A stretch of 64,000 bases of DNA from an uncultured Nitrospinota bacterium (GTDB taxonomy: Bacteria > Tectomicrobia > Entotheonellia > J063 > CAVPRW01). A program made the translations under genes and the position numbers. Positions within the stretch are counted from its first letter, which is position 1. Every line of letters begins with the position of its first letter. The stretch is taken from the NCBI GenBank assembly GCA_963707985.1, contig CAVPRW010000010.1, positions 309,987 to 373,986 of the forward strand, in the 5' to 3' direction. This document shows positions 54,601 through 64,000 of the stretch, piece after piece. Under the pieces are notes generated by a model. That model was not told where the DNA came from. It worked only from the letters and a program-made list of their open reading frames with translations, and did no database searches.

Positions 54601-55170
54601 GGCCCTCTGTCGCGCCACCGGCCAAAGGGCCTCGTTAGGAGCCATCGTTGGGGGCCTGGGTGAGGCATACGCCCACACGGGACGTCTCGCCGAGGGCCTC
54701 GCGCTCCTGGAGGAGGCGCGCCGGGACGATCTCCGCACAGGCGCGGTTGGGCGGCGGTTATGTCAGCCACCTCAGGCAGCTCAGCGCGGTCTATCTCCTC
54801 GCCGGACGCTGCGACGAGGCCTGGCAGCACGCCTGTCAGGCGCTCGACCTGGCCCGACAGCAGAAGGCGCGTGGACACGAGGCGCATGCGCTGTTCCAGC
54901 TCGGTGCCGTCCACGCCCATGCCAGCCCCCCGAACGTCCAGCAGGCCGAGGCGCGCTACCGGGAGGCGCTGACGCTGTGCCGAGGAGCTGGGCATGCGCC
55001 CACTCCAGGCCCACTGTCACCGCGGCCTCGGCACCCTGTATGCGAAGACGGGTCGGCGAGAGCAGGCCCGCGCCGCCCTGTCCACTGCCATCGAGCTCTA
55101 CCGCGCCATGGAGATGACGTTCTGGCTGCCCCAGGCCGAGGCCGACCTGGCGGAGGTGGAGGGGCACTGA
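51630..55170 (+). CDS. OmpR-type wHTH + class III cyclase-like + AAA ATPase + TPR (STAND) regulator, multiply frameshifted
   Basis: YIFGDY..RTLHGQGYRF; GEHKQVTVL..LFGAP..EDHA; GEPGMGKSRL; GNPFFVEE; FKHAL; TPR repeats. Confidence 0.88.
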
Positions 55171-55189
55171 TCACATACAATCACCGTTG

Positions 55190-55354
55190 ATGGCATCAGG
55201 TTGCAGCTTTATATGCAGTTAAACGCTGACGACACGGCGCTGACTCCATGTGGGCACCTCCATCCTCCTGTGCGGTCACCACATCAATCCCTCGTCTCCG
55301 TAGTCCGGCGGAGGTCACGGCCTTGACGTGCAGGTCCATGTACAGCTGTAGCAT
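55190..55354 (-). pseudogene. DUF5615 PIN-like toxin, truncated
   Basis: MLQLYMDLHV..GLRRRGIDVVTAQEDG, then breaks off; TAATG-coupled to the DUF433 gene. Confidence 0.72.
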
Positions 55355-55653
55355 TATCCCGCCCTCCGCGCGCGCGCTGCGACCAGTTTGGGGTGCGGCG
55401 TGTGGTGGTGGCGCTGGTGCTCGGCCTGCTCATAGCTTGCAATGAGGGCGGTGTCCATCGAGTCTTGATGGTCGTAATAGTAGGTGAGTGCAGCATGGAC
55501 TTCAGCCAGCATCAGGTCGGGATACTGCTCGACGATTTGCGCCGCACTGTAACCATGCGCCACGTGATCGGCGACGATATCGATCACCCGATGGCGGGTG
55601 CCATCGATGCACGGGACTCCGCGGCTGTTCAGAGTGATGTGGGGATAGGTCAT
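55354..55653 (-). CDS. DUF433 antitoxin
   Basis: G.PCIDGTR..V..IV..YPDL..AEVHAAL.YYYDH. Confidence 0.88.
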   Translation of the reverse strand: MTYPHITLNSRGVPCIDGTRHRVIDIVADHVAHGYSAAQIVEQYPDLMLAEVHAALTYYYDHQDSMDTALIASYEQAEHQRHHHTPHPKLVAARARRAG

Positions 55654-55734
55654 GTCCTCACGCATCTGTCTCCTCCTGAGCACGTTATCAGCGCGTGATG
55701 ACCCAGGTGTCAGGCCTGCTCGTCGTGGTGTTTC

Positions 55735-56013
55735 GGTGCTAGTTTTGCGCGTCAATCCTGCCACCCGCTCACATAGCCAGCCGCGTCCAGTGCAGATATA
55801 CCAGCGGTGGAAGTGCGCGTCCACCTCGCCCCATGCGTCCGCAGCCAGATAGAAGTTCGTACCGTCGAAGCGCAAAGGCTCTGCTGACTCGCGCACGATC
55901 TTGAGGCGATAGTTCCGGCCCAGATAACTAAAATTTTCCCCGCTGACAAATTCAGGTGCGCTCACTTTCGGCGCCAGTTCTTCTTTGAGCGCGTGTTTTC
56001 GGTGCACCCCCAA
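55735..56013 (-). pseudogene. Diverged internal duplicate of the ygjP/M48 gene
   Basis: Highly similar to 57655-57932 (PEFVSGENFSYLGRNYRLKIVRESAE..). Confidence 0.85.
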
Positions 56014-56090
56014 GAGCTCATATTGCCTAATTTACTCCAATCCATTTGGTGAGTCCGGGTATGGAAGAGACATATGGACCGATAGCTACA

Positions 56091-56552
56091 TCATGGGTGT
56101 GCATTCGGGTCGTCAACTGTTAGACCCTCGGCAGTCGCAGCAGTACGCAGCCGCACATCCGAAGAGACGAATACCAGAGGCGACAAGGCAGCCTCTACGA
56201 GACGCCTATTAGCCGCTAGGGCTGAGGCAAGCTGTATGGCGTCGTAAGCGCGCAGCGTGTGTGTATCCAGCAAGTCTTCAGCATCCTGGATGATCGTCGC
56301 TGTCGTATTAACAACTATATACTCGCGTTTTACATGGCGATGCAAGAGTAAGCGAATCGTCTGGGCGGTACGTGACGGGACAATTACTTCTCGTCTAAGG
56401 CGGGAGACACCCGAGCAAATTTCCACCTGTGTAACTTGGGCAATGATGATAGTACGCCCAGCACTTGGTAGAGTCATTGAACGCACCCATGCTGTCCCAG
56501 TCTCGGTAACGTAGCGTTTGATCAGGGCGCTGCTGTCGAAAAAGTAGTGCAC
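56091..56552 (-). CDS. PIN-domain VapC toxin
   Basis: YFFDSSALIKRY..E.G, LRAYDAIQLASA, FVSSD..L..AA..EGL. Confidence 0.92.
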   Translation of the reverse strand: MHYFFDSSALIKRYVTETGTAWVRSMTLPSAGRTIIIAQVTQVEICSGVSRLRREVIVPSRTAQTIRLLLHRHVKREYIVVNTTATIIQDAEDLLDTHTLRAYDAIQLASALAANRRLVEAALSPLVFVSSDVRLRTAATAEGLTVDDPNAHP

Positions 56553-56821
56553 TATGGACCTTCCCGCCGTTCTTCAATGATGACGTCCGAAAGAGGCGGT
56601 TTGCCCTGCATGGCCGCATCGATCTCCGCCAACAGCTTCGCCTCGTCTACAACCTCGCAAGATTCGGGTTCGAACCGGACCAGAAGATCATCCAGTGCAG
56701 CGCAAGCCCGTTCTCTTTCGGAAAGGAGCAACAGATGAATCTCCTGGCCCTCATGTAGGTTAGCATGGTCGAGCAGGCGGAGCCGCCCCTGCTCATAGAC
56801 CGCACGCACTGTTTTCGCCAT
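56552..56821 (-). CDS. DUF104/AF2212-like antitoxin
   Basis: VRAVYEQGRLRLL..L.EG, PLSDVIIEER. Confidence 0.82.
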   Translation of the reverse strand: MAKTVRAVYEQGRLRLLDHANLHEGQEIHLLLLSERERACAALDDLLVRFEPESCEVVDEAKLLAEIDAAMQGKPPLSDVIIEERREGP

Positions 56822-57095
56822 ATCCTCAAACCTCCTATCATGTGCTGTGGCCCAGGCCGAGTCGAAACAAGAGAGACATTGATACCTCCTCGCCTACCAT
56901 CATCCTGGTCACGTCTATCTTGTCTCTCGCCCGAAGCCAGCCCTTCTGTTTTGGCTGGTTTTTGATGTCCAGAAACAGTCCTGGATCTGGGACAAACGCC
57001 ACATCAACAATCCTTGAAATAAATAGCTGTTCCATCCGAAACTTTATCTGAACGTCTATTGCTCCTGATGTTCATGTCAAGTTCATCAGAGTTGT

Positions 57096-57309
57096 TCATC
57101 TCTCTGTGAATCCTGGGAGGCCCGATGCGGGAAAAAGAGGGTACCATATACCCTGATCATTCCATAATACGGGTAAGCTATTGTTTGGCACCGTATCGAA
57201 AAAGACCGTGAACGCCCCTGTTTCTTCGAAGCCAAGGCGCATACGGCAAGGTCAGCGTAATCGTTCGCGGCATATTTTTAGCCTCGTACAGTTTATCTTG
57301 ATTGCTCAT
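57096..57309 (-). pseudogene. PRTase-like (PRTase-CE type) C-terminal remnant
   Basis: LGFEETGAFTVFFDTVPNNSLPVLWNDQGIWYPLFP. Confidence 0.55.
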
Positions 57310-58097
57310 TGGCCTTCATAGGTTTCCCGGTCCTGATATGAATGAAGCTCTGGTAATGGATGTGATATCAGCGGCTGCGGTGTCCGAAGCTCGTCCATTC
57401 CGAACACTAGGAATCGGGTGGCCTCGCTACCTAGCGCCTGCTTGAGGGTCAACCACGCCGGTAGTGCCCGGTCTATGGCCTGCCAGAACTCGGGGCTGTG
57501 GTGTGGTTCCCGGATGTGCACCAGTTCGTGGACGATCACATAGTCGATCGAGCGCACAGGCAGTTGCAGCAGGCGCCAGTTGAAGCGCAAGACCCCGTTC
57601 TTGCCGCACGAGCCCCAGCGGAAACCAAGGTCACCCACCTCGATGCGTGACGCCTCGGTGCTGGTTTTGCGCGCCAAGCCTGCCACCCGCTCGCTCAGCC
57701 AGCCGCGTCCGGTGCGGATATACCAGCGGCGGAAATGCGCCTCCGCCTCGCCCCATGCGTCCGAGGCCAGACAGAAGTTCGTACCGTCGAAGCGCAGAGA
57801 CTCTGCTGACTCGCGCACGATCTTGAGGCGATAGTTCCGCCCCAGATAACTAAAATTTTCCCCGCTGACAAATTCAGGTGACCGCACTTTCGGCGCCAGT
57901 AATTCCTTGAGCACGAGTGTGCGGTGCACCCATAACAGCTTGGAGCGTGTCCACCGAATTAGCTCCTGATCGCTGGTGTCCTCCGGGGCATGGATGACCA
58001 GTTCCCCGCCCCGGTCCACGGTCAGGCCGAGCGTCTTCCGGCGCGGGCTGCGCCGCACCTCAAAGGTGAGGCCGCCGACTTCTAGTGTCTCGCTCAT
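57306..58097 (-). CDS. YgjP/DUF45 M48-family metal-dependent hydrolase
   Basis: RRSPRRKT, SGE..YLG, RWGSC, DYVIVHELVH..H...FW; coupled to hsdR. Confidence 0.92.
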   Translation of the reverse strand: MSETLEVGGLTFEVRRSPRRKTLGLTVDRGGELVIHAPEDTSDQELIRWTRSKLLWVHRTLVLKELLAPKVRSPEFVSGENFSYLGRNYRLKIVRESAESLRFDGTNFCLASDAWGEAEAHFRRWYIRTGRGWLSERVAGLARKTSTEASRIEVGDLGFRWGSCGKNGVLRFNWRLLQLPVRSIDYVIVHELVHIREPHHSPEFWQAIDRALPAWLTLKQALGSEATRFLVFGMDELRTPQPLISHPLPELHSYQDRETYEGQ

Positions 58098-61000
58098 GGT
58101 CGTGTCAGATTCTCGTGGTTTTCCTTGGCCAGCGCGACCAGCCGCTGCGCCAGATCGCGCTCTTGCCCGGCAGGACACACGCCCGCCCGGTCGAGGTCGC
58201 GGACCAGAGGTCTGCGTCAGCAACTCGCGCATGGCGCTGTTCTTCCAGAAGCCGACCTTCCGCACCTCCTGCCGGATGCGCTCGACCATGTCCAGGGTCG
58301 CCGAGAGCGCCGCCGTGCGCTGGGCCTCGTTCAAGCTCGCGTCCCTTGCCGCATTCCTCCAGCACCAGGCGGACGAACGGCACCTGCACCTTGGGATCGA
58401 GGTCCGGGAAATCGTTCCGGTCGCCCTGCCGCAGCTCCTCGATGAACTTCCGCAGCTCGCGCTCCAGCGCGTCCCAGTCGTCCTTGAACCGCTGGAGAAT
58501 CTCCTCCAGCTTCTCGCTCATCTTGCGGGCGTAGGCCGGGTTCTGGTTGGAGAAGCCGATGATGTGGTAGCGCGCGGCGTGCTGCATCTGCGCCGCGCGG
58601 GCGCGGCTGCTGGTCTGCGCCTGCAGGACCTTCTCGAACTCGGCGTCGGTGATGGTCGTCGGCGGAATCTTCGGGTCGACGCCGCGCGCCGAGACGTGCG
58701 CGTCGATCAGCGCCTTCACCTTCTCCGCCACGCCGAGCAGGTTCAGCGCCGGATCGCGGTACAGGTTGGCCGCCACCTTGTTGATGAAACCGAGCAGCTT
58801 GGCGTCGCGGAACACATCGCCGGGCACTTCGGGCCGGTGCTCCAGGATGTTCAGCGTCTCGTAGAACATCCGCAGCTTGTTGATGAAGTCGGCCCGAATC
58901 TTCAGGTCTTCGAGCAACTGCACGCACGCATCCACCTGGCCCTGCAGATCGGTGATGCCCGGTCGGTGAACACCGCCACCGCCCGCGCCCGCCGGTCGAG
59001 CAGCTTCGGCAGCTCGACGCTGATGTCGATGAGCGCGCCCTCGGTGTCCTCGCCGTCGTAGTCCTTGAGCGCCTCGTTCAGGTGCCGGGCCACGCCGATG
59101 TAGTCCACCACGTAGCCGCACTTCTTCTGGCCGCAGGTGCGGTTCACGCGGGCGATGGCCTGCAGCAGGTCGTGCGCGACGATCTTGCGGTCGAGGTACA
59201 GCACCTGCTCCACCGGCGCGTCGAAGCCGGTGAGCAGCATGTTGTTGACGACCAGGATCGACAGCGGATCGGTCTTGTCGGTCTTCTCCCGGAGCCAACT
59301 TGCGCTTGAAGCGCTTGATGCGCTCCTCCTGCTTGTCCTTGTCGGTCCAGTCCCACCACGACTCCGGATCGTTGTGGTCGCCGGAGAATGACCACCGCGA
59401 TCTCCAGCGCCCGCAGCTTGGGCAGTTCGCCGTGGGCGCGCACCAGGAAGCGCGTCTTCGCGTCGAGCTTTTCGACCTCGTCATCCGGCAAGCGCGAGCG
59501 TGCGCGGGCGGCAGCGCCTCCAGTTCCGCCACCAGTTCGCTGCCGGGCCTGCTCCAGCTTCTCCTGATAGGTCACCGCCGCCTGCCGGCTCGTGGCCACG
59601 ACCTGCGCCTTGAAGCCCTCCGGCAGCACCACGCCGACGTAGTGCCGCAGCATGTCCCGCGCCTTCTGCTCGATGAGCAGCGGCGCCTCCAGCACGTCGC
59701 CCTCGGTCGCATACTTGGCCTTGATGACCGCCAGTTCCTCCGGCGTGTAGTCGCGGAACATGTCCTCGAACAGCTGGTCGAGGCCCGGCGCGTCCTTCAC
59801 CAGGCCATCCGCCGTCCGGCCCTCGTAGAGGATCGGCACGGTCGCGCCGTCGAGCTCGGCGTCCTGCAGGAGGTACTTGTCGATGAACTCGCCGAAGATC
59901 TCGCGGGTCTCGGTCTTCTCCTGGCTGAGGATCGGCGTGCCGGTGAAGCCGATGATGGCCGCATTGGGCAGCGCCTTGCGCAGGTTGCGGTGCAGCGTGC
60001 GCGTGTGCGAGCGGTGCGCCTCGTCCACCAGCACGAGGATCTCCTCCGACTCGTTCAGCACCGGGAACTCCTCGAAGTGGATGCTCTCCTCGAAGGTGAC
60101 CTGCCTTCTCGACCACCGGCTGCGTCCTTGCCCGGCTTCTTCTCCTTGCGGACGATGGTCATCGCCACCGTCTCAGCGGCGTCGCGCTTCGCCGTGTCCT
60201 GATACTTCTGCAGCATCGCAAAGACGATGTCCGGCGTCGTCTCGCGCAGGATCCGCTGGGTGCGCGCCGTGGGCGATTCGCGGCGCTGCGAGTCGTCGCT
60301 CGTTGGGCCGCACCGCCTCGCCGCTCAGCCGCGCCGTCTCGCGCAACTGTCCTTCGAGATCGGTGCGGTCGGTGACCACCACGACCTTGAAGCGGTTCAG
60401 CCGCGGCATCATCCGCATCTTGCGCACCAGGAACACCATGCTGAGGCTCTTGCCGGAGCCCTGCGTGTGCCAGATGATGCCGCCGCGCTCGTCGCGCTCC
60501 GCGCCCTGCGCGCGCGTCCGGCCTTCCTGCAAGCGGGTCGACGGCCTTGTGGATGGCGCGGAACTGCTGGTAGCGCGCCACCACCTTGCGCGTCTTGCCG
60601 TCCACCTGCTGGAAGACGGTGAAGTTGCGGATCAGGTCGAGCAGATGCGCCGGGCGCAACATGCCGGCCACGAGAATCTGCTGGCTGTGCAGCGTCGCGC
60701 GCTGCCGCGCAGCGCCTGCGGGCCGCTGCTCCGGCTTGCGGAAGAAGAGCGGCGTGCCGGCGCGTTCGGTCTGTTCCGGCCCGAGCGTCGCCAGTTCCTG
60801 CGCCGCCTCCTCCTGCTCCGGCGCACGCGGGCAACACGCCCAGCTCCTCCGCCACCGTGCTCAGCGGCACCGGGCTGGTGTCCGCCCATTCCAGATACGC
60901 CTCCGGCGGCGCGCCGATGGTGGCCGCGCGGGCCTCGAAGAAGTCGCTGGCGATCAGCAGCTGGTTGGTGTGGAAGAGCCGCTCGACGCCCTCGTTGTCG

Positions 61001-62059
61001 GTGTAGAGCGTGGGGAAGAGTTCGCGGCGCTGGTTCGAGTAGCGCAGGAGTTGGTTGATGGCCTCCTGCAGCGGGTTCTCGATGCCGGGGCTCTTGAACT
61101 CCGCCACCACCAGCGGGATGCCGTTGACGAACAGCACGGCATCCGGGATGACATGCCCGCGCCCGCTGGTCAGTTCCACCTTGAACTGGTTGATGACGAG
61201 GAAGTCGTTGTTGGCCGGGTTCTCGAAGTCGATGAACCGCACCGGCTGTGGCCGGCCGTGGTCCCAGTCCGGCAGGCCGTCGACCACCGTGCCCTTGAGC
61301 AGGAGCTCCGTCGCCGACTGGTTGACCTCCATCAGCCGATGGCCGGCGGCCTGCTCCAGGTCGCGGATGGCGCGGGCGATGCGCGCATCATCGAGCCACG
61401 GCTGGCCGTCGCGCAGATTGAGCTTCGCGCAGCGCCGCCGCCAGCCGGTCCTTCAGCAGCACCTCGCGGAAGCTCGCCCGCTCGGTGAGTTCCGGCACAT
61501 CCGTGTCGCCCTCGATCCACTGCCAGCCCATCGCCTTGAGCTGCTCGCAGAAGGGCTTCTCGACGAGGTCGTATTCCCACTGGATCGCATGAGTTGAGCC
61601 GATTGTGACGGACGACACCTCAGGCACATTCGTGATCTTTCGGCTGTGTTGCATGATCGCATCGCACCGCCGTTGGGCCTCGATGATCAGGTCAGCATCG
61701 CCGAGAAACTCGGCTACATCACGCAAGACGAATGGTGCTGTCTGAAGCTCGGCCACTCTGCTGCGTAACCACTCGATAACCTCTTCCCGTTTGCCGAGTT
61801 TTATGGTGCCGTCGGTCGCCTCAAACGCATATAAGGCCTGCTGTCCAGCACTTTGTATCGTTGGATCAGCGTGTGACGGAAGAATACGGATCGAATGTGC
61901 CTCCAAATCGCACATGACGAATCGCATCACGCGATCTTCGCTGGAGATGTCCTGGACCCAGTGCTGGCCGTCATGAGAGAACACGGGTATGCCGAAGCCT
62001 GGGCCACGCTGCCTCGGGCGATAAATCCCGGCAAGCGTTAAGGTCTCTGGTGTGTTCAT
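58094..62059 (-). CDS. hsdR: Type I restriction endonuclease subunit R (multiply frameshifted), with ~155 aa N-terminal extension
   Basis: PDAVLFVNGIPLVVAEFK, WHTQGSGKS, VTDR, DEAHRS, FTGTP, MLLTGFDAP, QAIARVNR. Confidence 0.92.
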
Positions 62060-62223
62060 AGCCGAGTAGCCTCTACAAAGCGCTCTCTCGCCTTTTCTCA
62101 CGCACGACGGAGTAGTAGGAGGCTGGTGCGTCTCCCCTGAATGTAGCATACACCACTGGATGCGCAGTTCCAGACATTGATAGTCGAACACTGCCCGTTG
62201 TTCCCCTGTGTCGTTCTGTATGA

Positions 62224-62421
62224 CTACGCTTGATGCTTAGCAATCAGTTCCCAGATTGCCGGCACTAATACTGTCGGCACTGCCATCATGGTCTGCGTCT
62301 GATCCAGAGGGACAGCCTTGTCCTCTGCAATCGCTTCGTCTTCGGTTTGCTCCTCGTAATGTTTCAGCGCCTTCTGCACGCGCTCTGTATCCCATCCTGG
62401 TGGAAATCTATGCTGTTTCAT
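62224..62421 (-). CDS. Small hypothetical, putative antitoxin
   Basis: FPPGWD.ERV...L.HYE.QTEDEA.AED; possible partner-gene tail upstream, cut by the IS. Confidence 0.6.
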   Translation of the reverse strand: MKQHRFPPGWDTERVQKALKHYEEQTEDEAIAEDKAVPLDQTQTMMAVPTVLVPAIWELIAKHQA

Positions 62422-62532
62422 CGTTTGCCTTTTCCGAAGCCGCCGTCGTCGTGAGGCTTCGGGCTCAGAGAAGCCAGTACAGGCAATGCGGGGTCATTCA
62501 GCTTTTGGTTATCGGCAATGTCTGCGACTGAG

Positions 62533-63783
62533 GGTACCACCCCAATTAACCGTGGCGAGCCGTCTGAGGGCTTGAAAACAAGCGGGTCCTTCGGGCATCC
62601 TTCCCCAACGTGATTTGCCTGTACGTGCAAGATCGCGTCAAGAGGAGGCCAGCGATGAACCCGCAGACCCAATTCTGCCACAATCCGGACGGCCGAGCCA
62701 GAGGCCAGGTCGGGCGCGGGAATATTCACGTGCATAGCCAAACGGCGCAGCGCTATCGCTGTACCACCTGTGGCCACACCGTTGCGGTCACCACAGCCAC
62801 GCCCTTCTACCGCTTGCGGACGGCCGCGGACGTGGTGACGCTCGTCCTGACCTTGCTGAGCCATGGCTGTCCGACCCAGGCCATCGTCGCGGCGTTCGGG
62901 GTGCGATGAGGCACCGTCGCAAGCTGGGTAACCCGCGCGGGCCAGCACTGCCAGCGGGTGCATCAGCACGTGCTCCAGCAGGGCCAGGTGGATCTGCAGC
63001 ACGTCCAAGCGGACGAGCTGTGGGTGACGCGGGTGAGCCGCCGGGCGCGGATCGCCATGGCCGTGCCGTCGCGGCTGTGGCTGGGCGGGGTCATCAGCCC
63101 CCACCGCGACTTGGTCCTGATCACCACGCGGGTGCAGCTGATCCGCGCCTGTGGGCGCAGCTTGGCCATCCTGGTGTGTGTGGATGGGTTGGCCAGCTTT
63201 GTCACGGCGTTCCTGCACGTGTTTCGGCAGCCGCTGCGCACCGGCCGCCGCGGGCGGCCGCGGGTGGTGCTGGAGGCAGGCTTGCTCCTTGGCCAAGTGG
63301 TCAAGCGGTATGGGAAGCGGCGGGTGGCGAGTGTCGAGCGCCGGGTGGTGCGCGGGACGGAGGCAGCAATCGCCACGGTGCTCGCCCACAGCGGCACGGG
63401 GATCAATACGGCCTATATCGAGCGGCTCAACGCCACCTTCCGCGCGTCCCCGACGCCCTTGGTGTCGCCGGGGGCGGGCCCTTGCCCACACCGAGGCGGT
63501 GCTGTCCGCCGGCATGTGGCTGGTCGGCTGTACCTATAACTTCTGCTGGTTGCTCGAGAGTCTCCGGCAGCCTTCCCCTGCCGGGGCGCCCTGGAAGTGG
63601 CACGAGCGCACGCCAGCGATGGCTGCCGGGCTGACAGGCCACCGCTGGACGATGCGCGAACTGTTGCGCTACCAGGTGCCCCTTCCTGTGTGGGTGGCAC
63701 CCAAACGCCGCGGATGTCCGCCCAAGCGAGCACTTCAAGCAGCTGGCTGTGGCAACGTGACCACGGTCAACTGTGGCGGTACC
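62533..63783 (+). mobile_element. IS1-family-like insertion sequence (transposase 62655-63760, frameshifted)
   Basis: Terminal inverted repeats GGTACCACCCCAATTAACCGTGG / GGTACCGCCACAGTTGACCGTGG (19/23); Zn-ribbon, HTH, QADELW, DG, INTAYIERLNAT.R, YNF, RTPAMAAGLT. Confidence 0.88.
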
Positions 63784-64000
63784 GGCTGCGCCGAGCAGGT
63801 CGGAAAACTGAAAATCCTCATTGCGCAGGCGATACCGGCTGAAGTGGCGCACCGAATCCTTGCAGGCGTCATCGGAGACGACGCGCTTGTTACCGGCCGT
63901 GCGCATGAAGCTAATGTGGTCGAGGACGTGTTCGAGCAACTCGTTCGCCTCGCTCAGGGCACCGAGGGCTATATCGAGCACGTTACCGAAAGGCTTGGAG
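63784..64000 (-). pseudogene. hsdM: Type I methyltransferase HsdM fragment, truncated by the IS (5' part outside window)
   Basis: HFSRYRLRNEDFQFSDLLGAA stops at the IS end, where YEYL normally follows. Confidence 0.82.

Noticed and set aside
55354..56013. YgjP-DUF433 fusion protein
   Set aside because: Chance in-frame join of a duplicated fragment to an antitoxin that has its own RBS and start
1..64000. CRISPR array, tRNA, rRNA, riboswitch, integron attC sites, DGR template repeat
   Set aside because: None recognised by eye; covariance-model scans were not possible, so weak ncRNAs cannot be excluded

Overview
GC-rich bacterial contig. The gene content (many family-5 ABC binding proteins, SMP-30 lactonases, a wHTH-cyclase-AAA-TPR protein, many PIN/Uma2 modules) is reminiscent of Tectomicrobia/Entotheonella-like bacteria, which is inference only. 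Scattered single-base frameshifts, even in asnS, look like long-read indel errors. 1-34 kb is mostly metabolic: a GT-C glycosyltransferase, an AOR-family aldehyde oxidoreductase operon (ferredoxin, FAD subunit, AOR, MoaD-like), ICL/PEP mutase, aroK, aroA, panC, purC, sua5, an S8 protease, an enolase-superfamily enzyme, nikR with a candidate operator ahead of a metal-ABC ATPase whose permease is mostly deleted, ykoE, tldD/pmbA, bacilliredoxin, a CHRD protein, a MetE-like protein and two lactonases. 34.3-41 kb is an accessory island of toxin-antitoxin and Uma2 genes. It contains a decayed diversity-generating retroelement (DGR): DUF1566-type variable region plus hairpin, a stand-alone MutS-I-like gene, avd, and an RT C-terminus carrying a second MutS-I-like domain. 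A FitAB toxin-antitoxin (TA) cassette bounded by 24-bp inverted sites sits where the template repeat and RT core should be, and a Y1 (RAYT-like) transposase relic with a related site lies nearby. 41-55 kb holds an Ldh_2 dehydrogenase, a peptide ABC transporter, asnS, a vanadium haloperoxidase and a STAND regulator. 55-64 kb holds more TA modules and a broken type I restriction-modification locus: hsdM cut by an IS1-like element, no hsdS, hsdR with an unknown N-terminal extension, ygjP and a PRTase-like relic. No rRNA, tRNA or CRISPR array was recognised.
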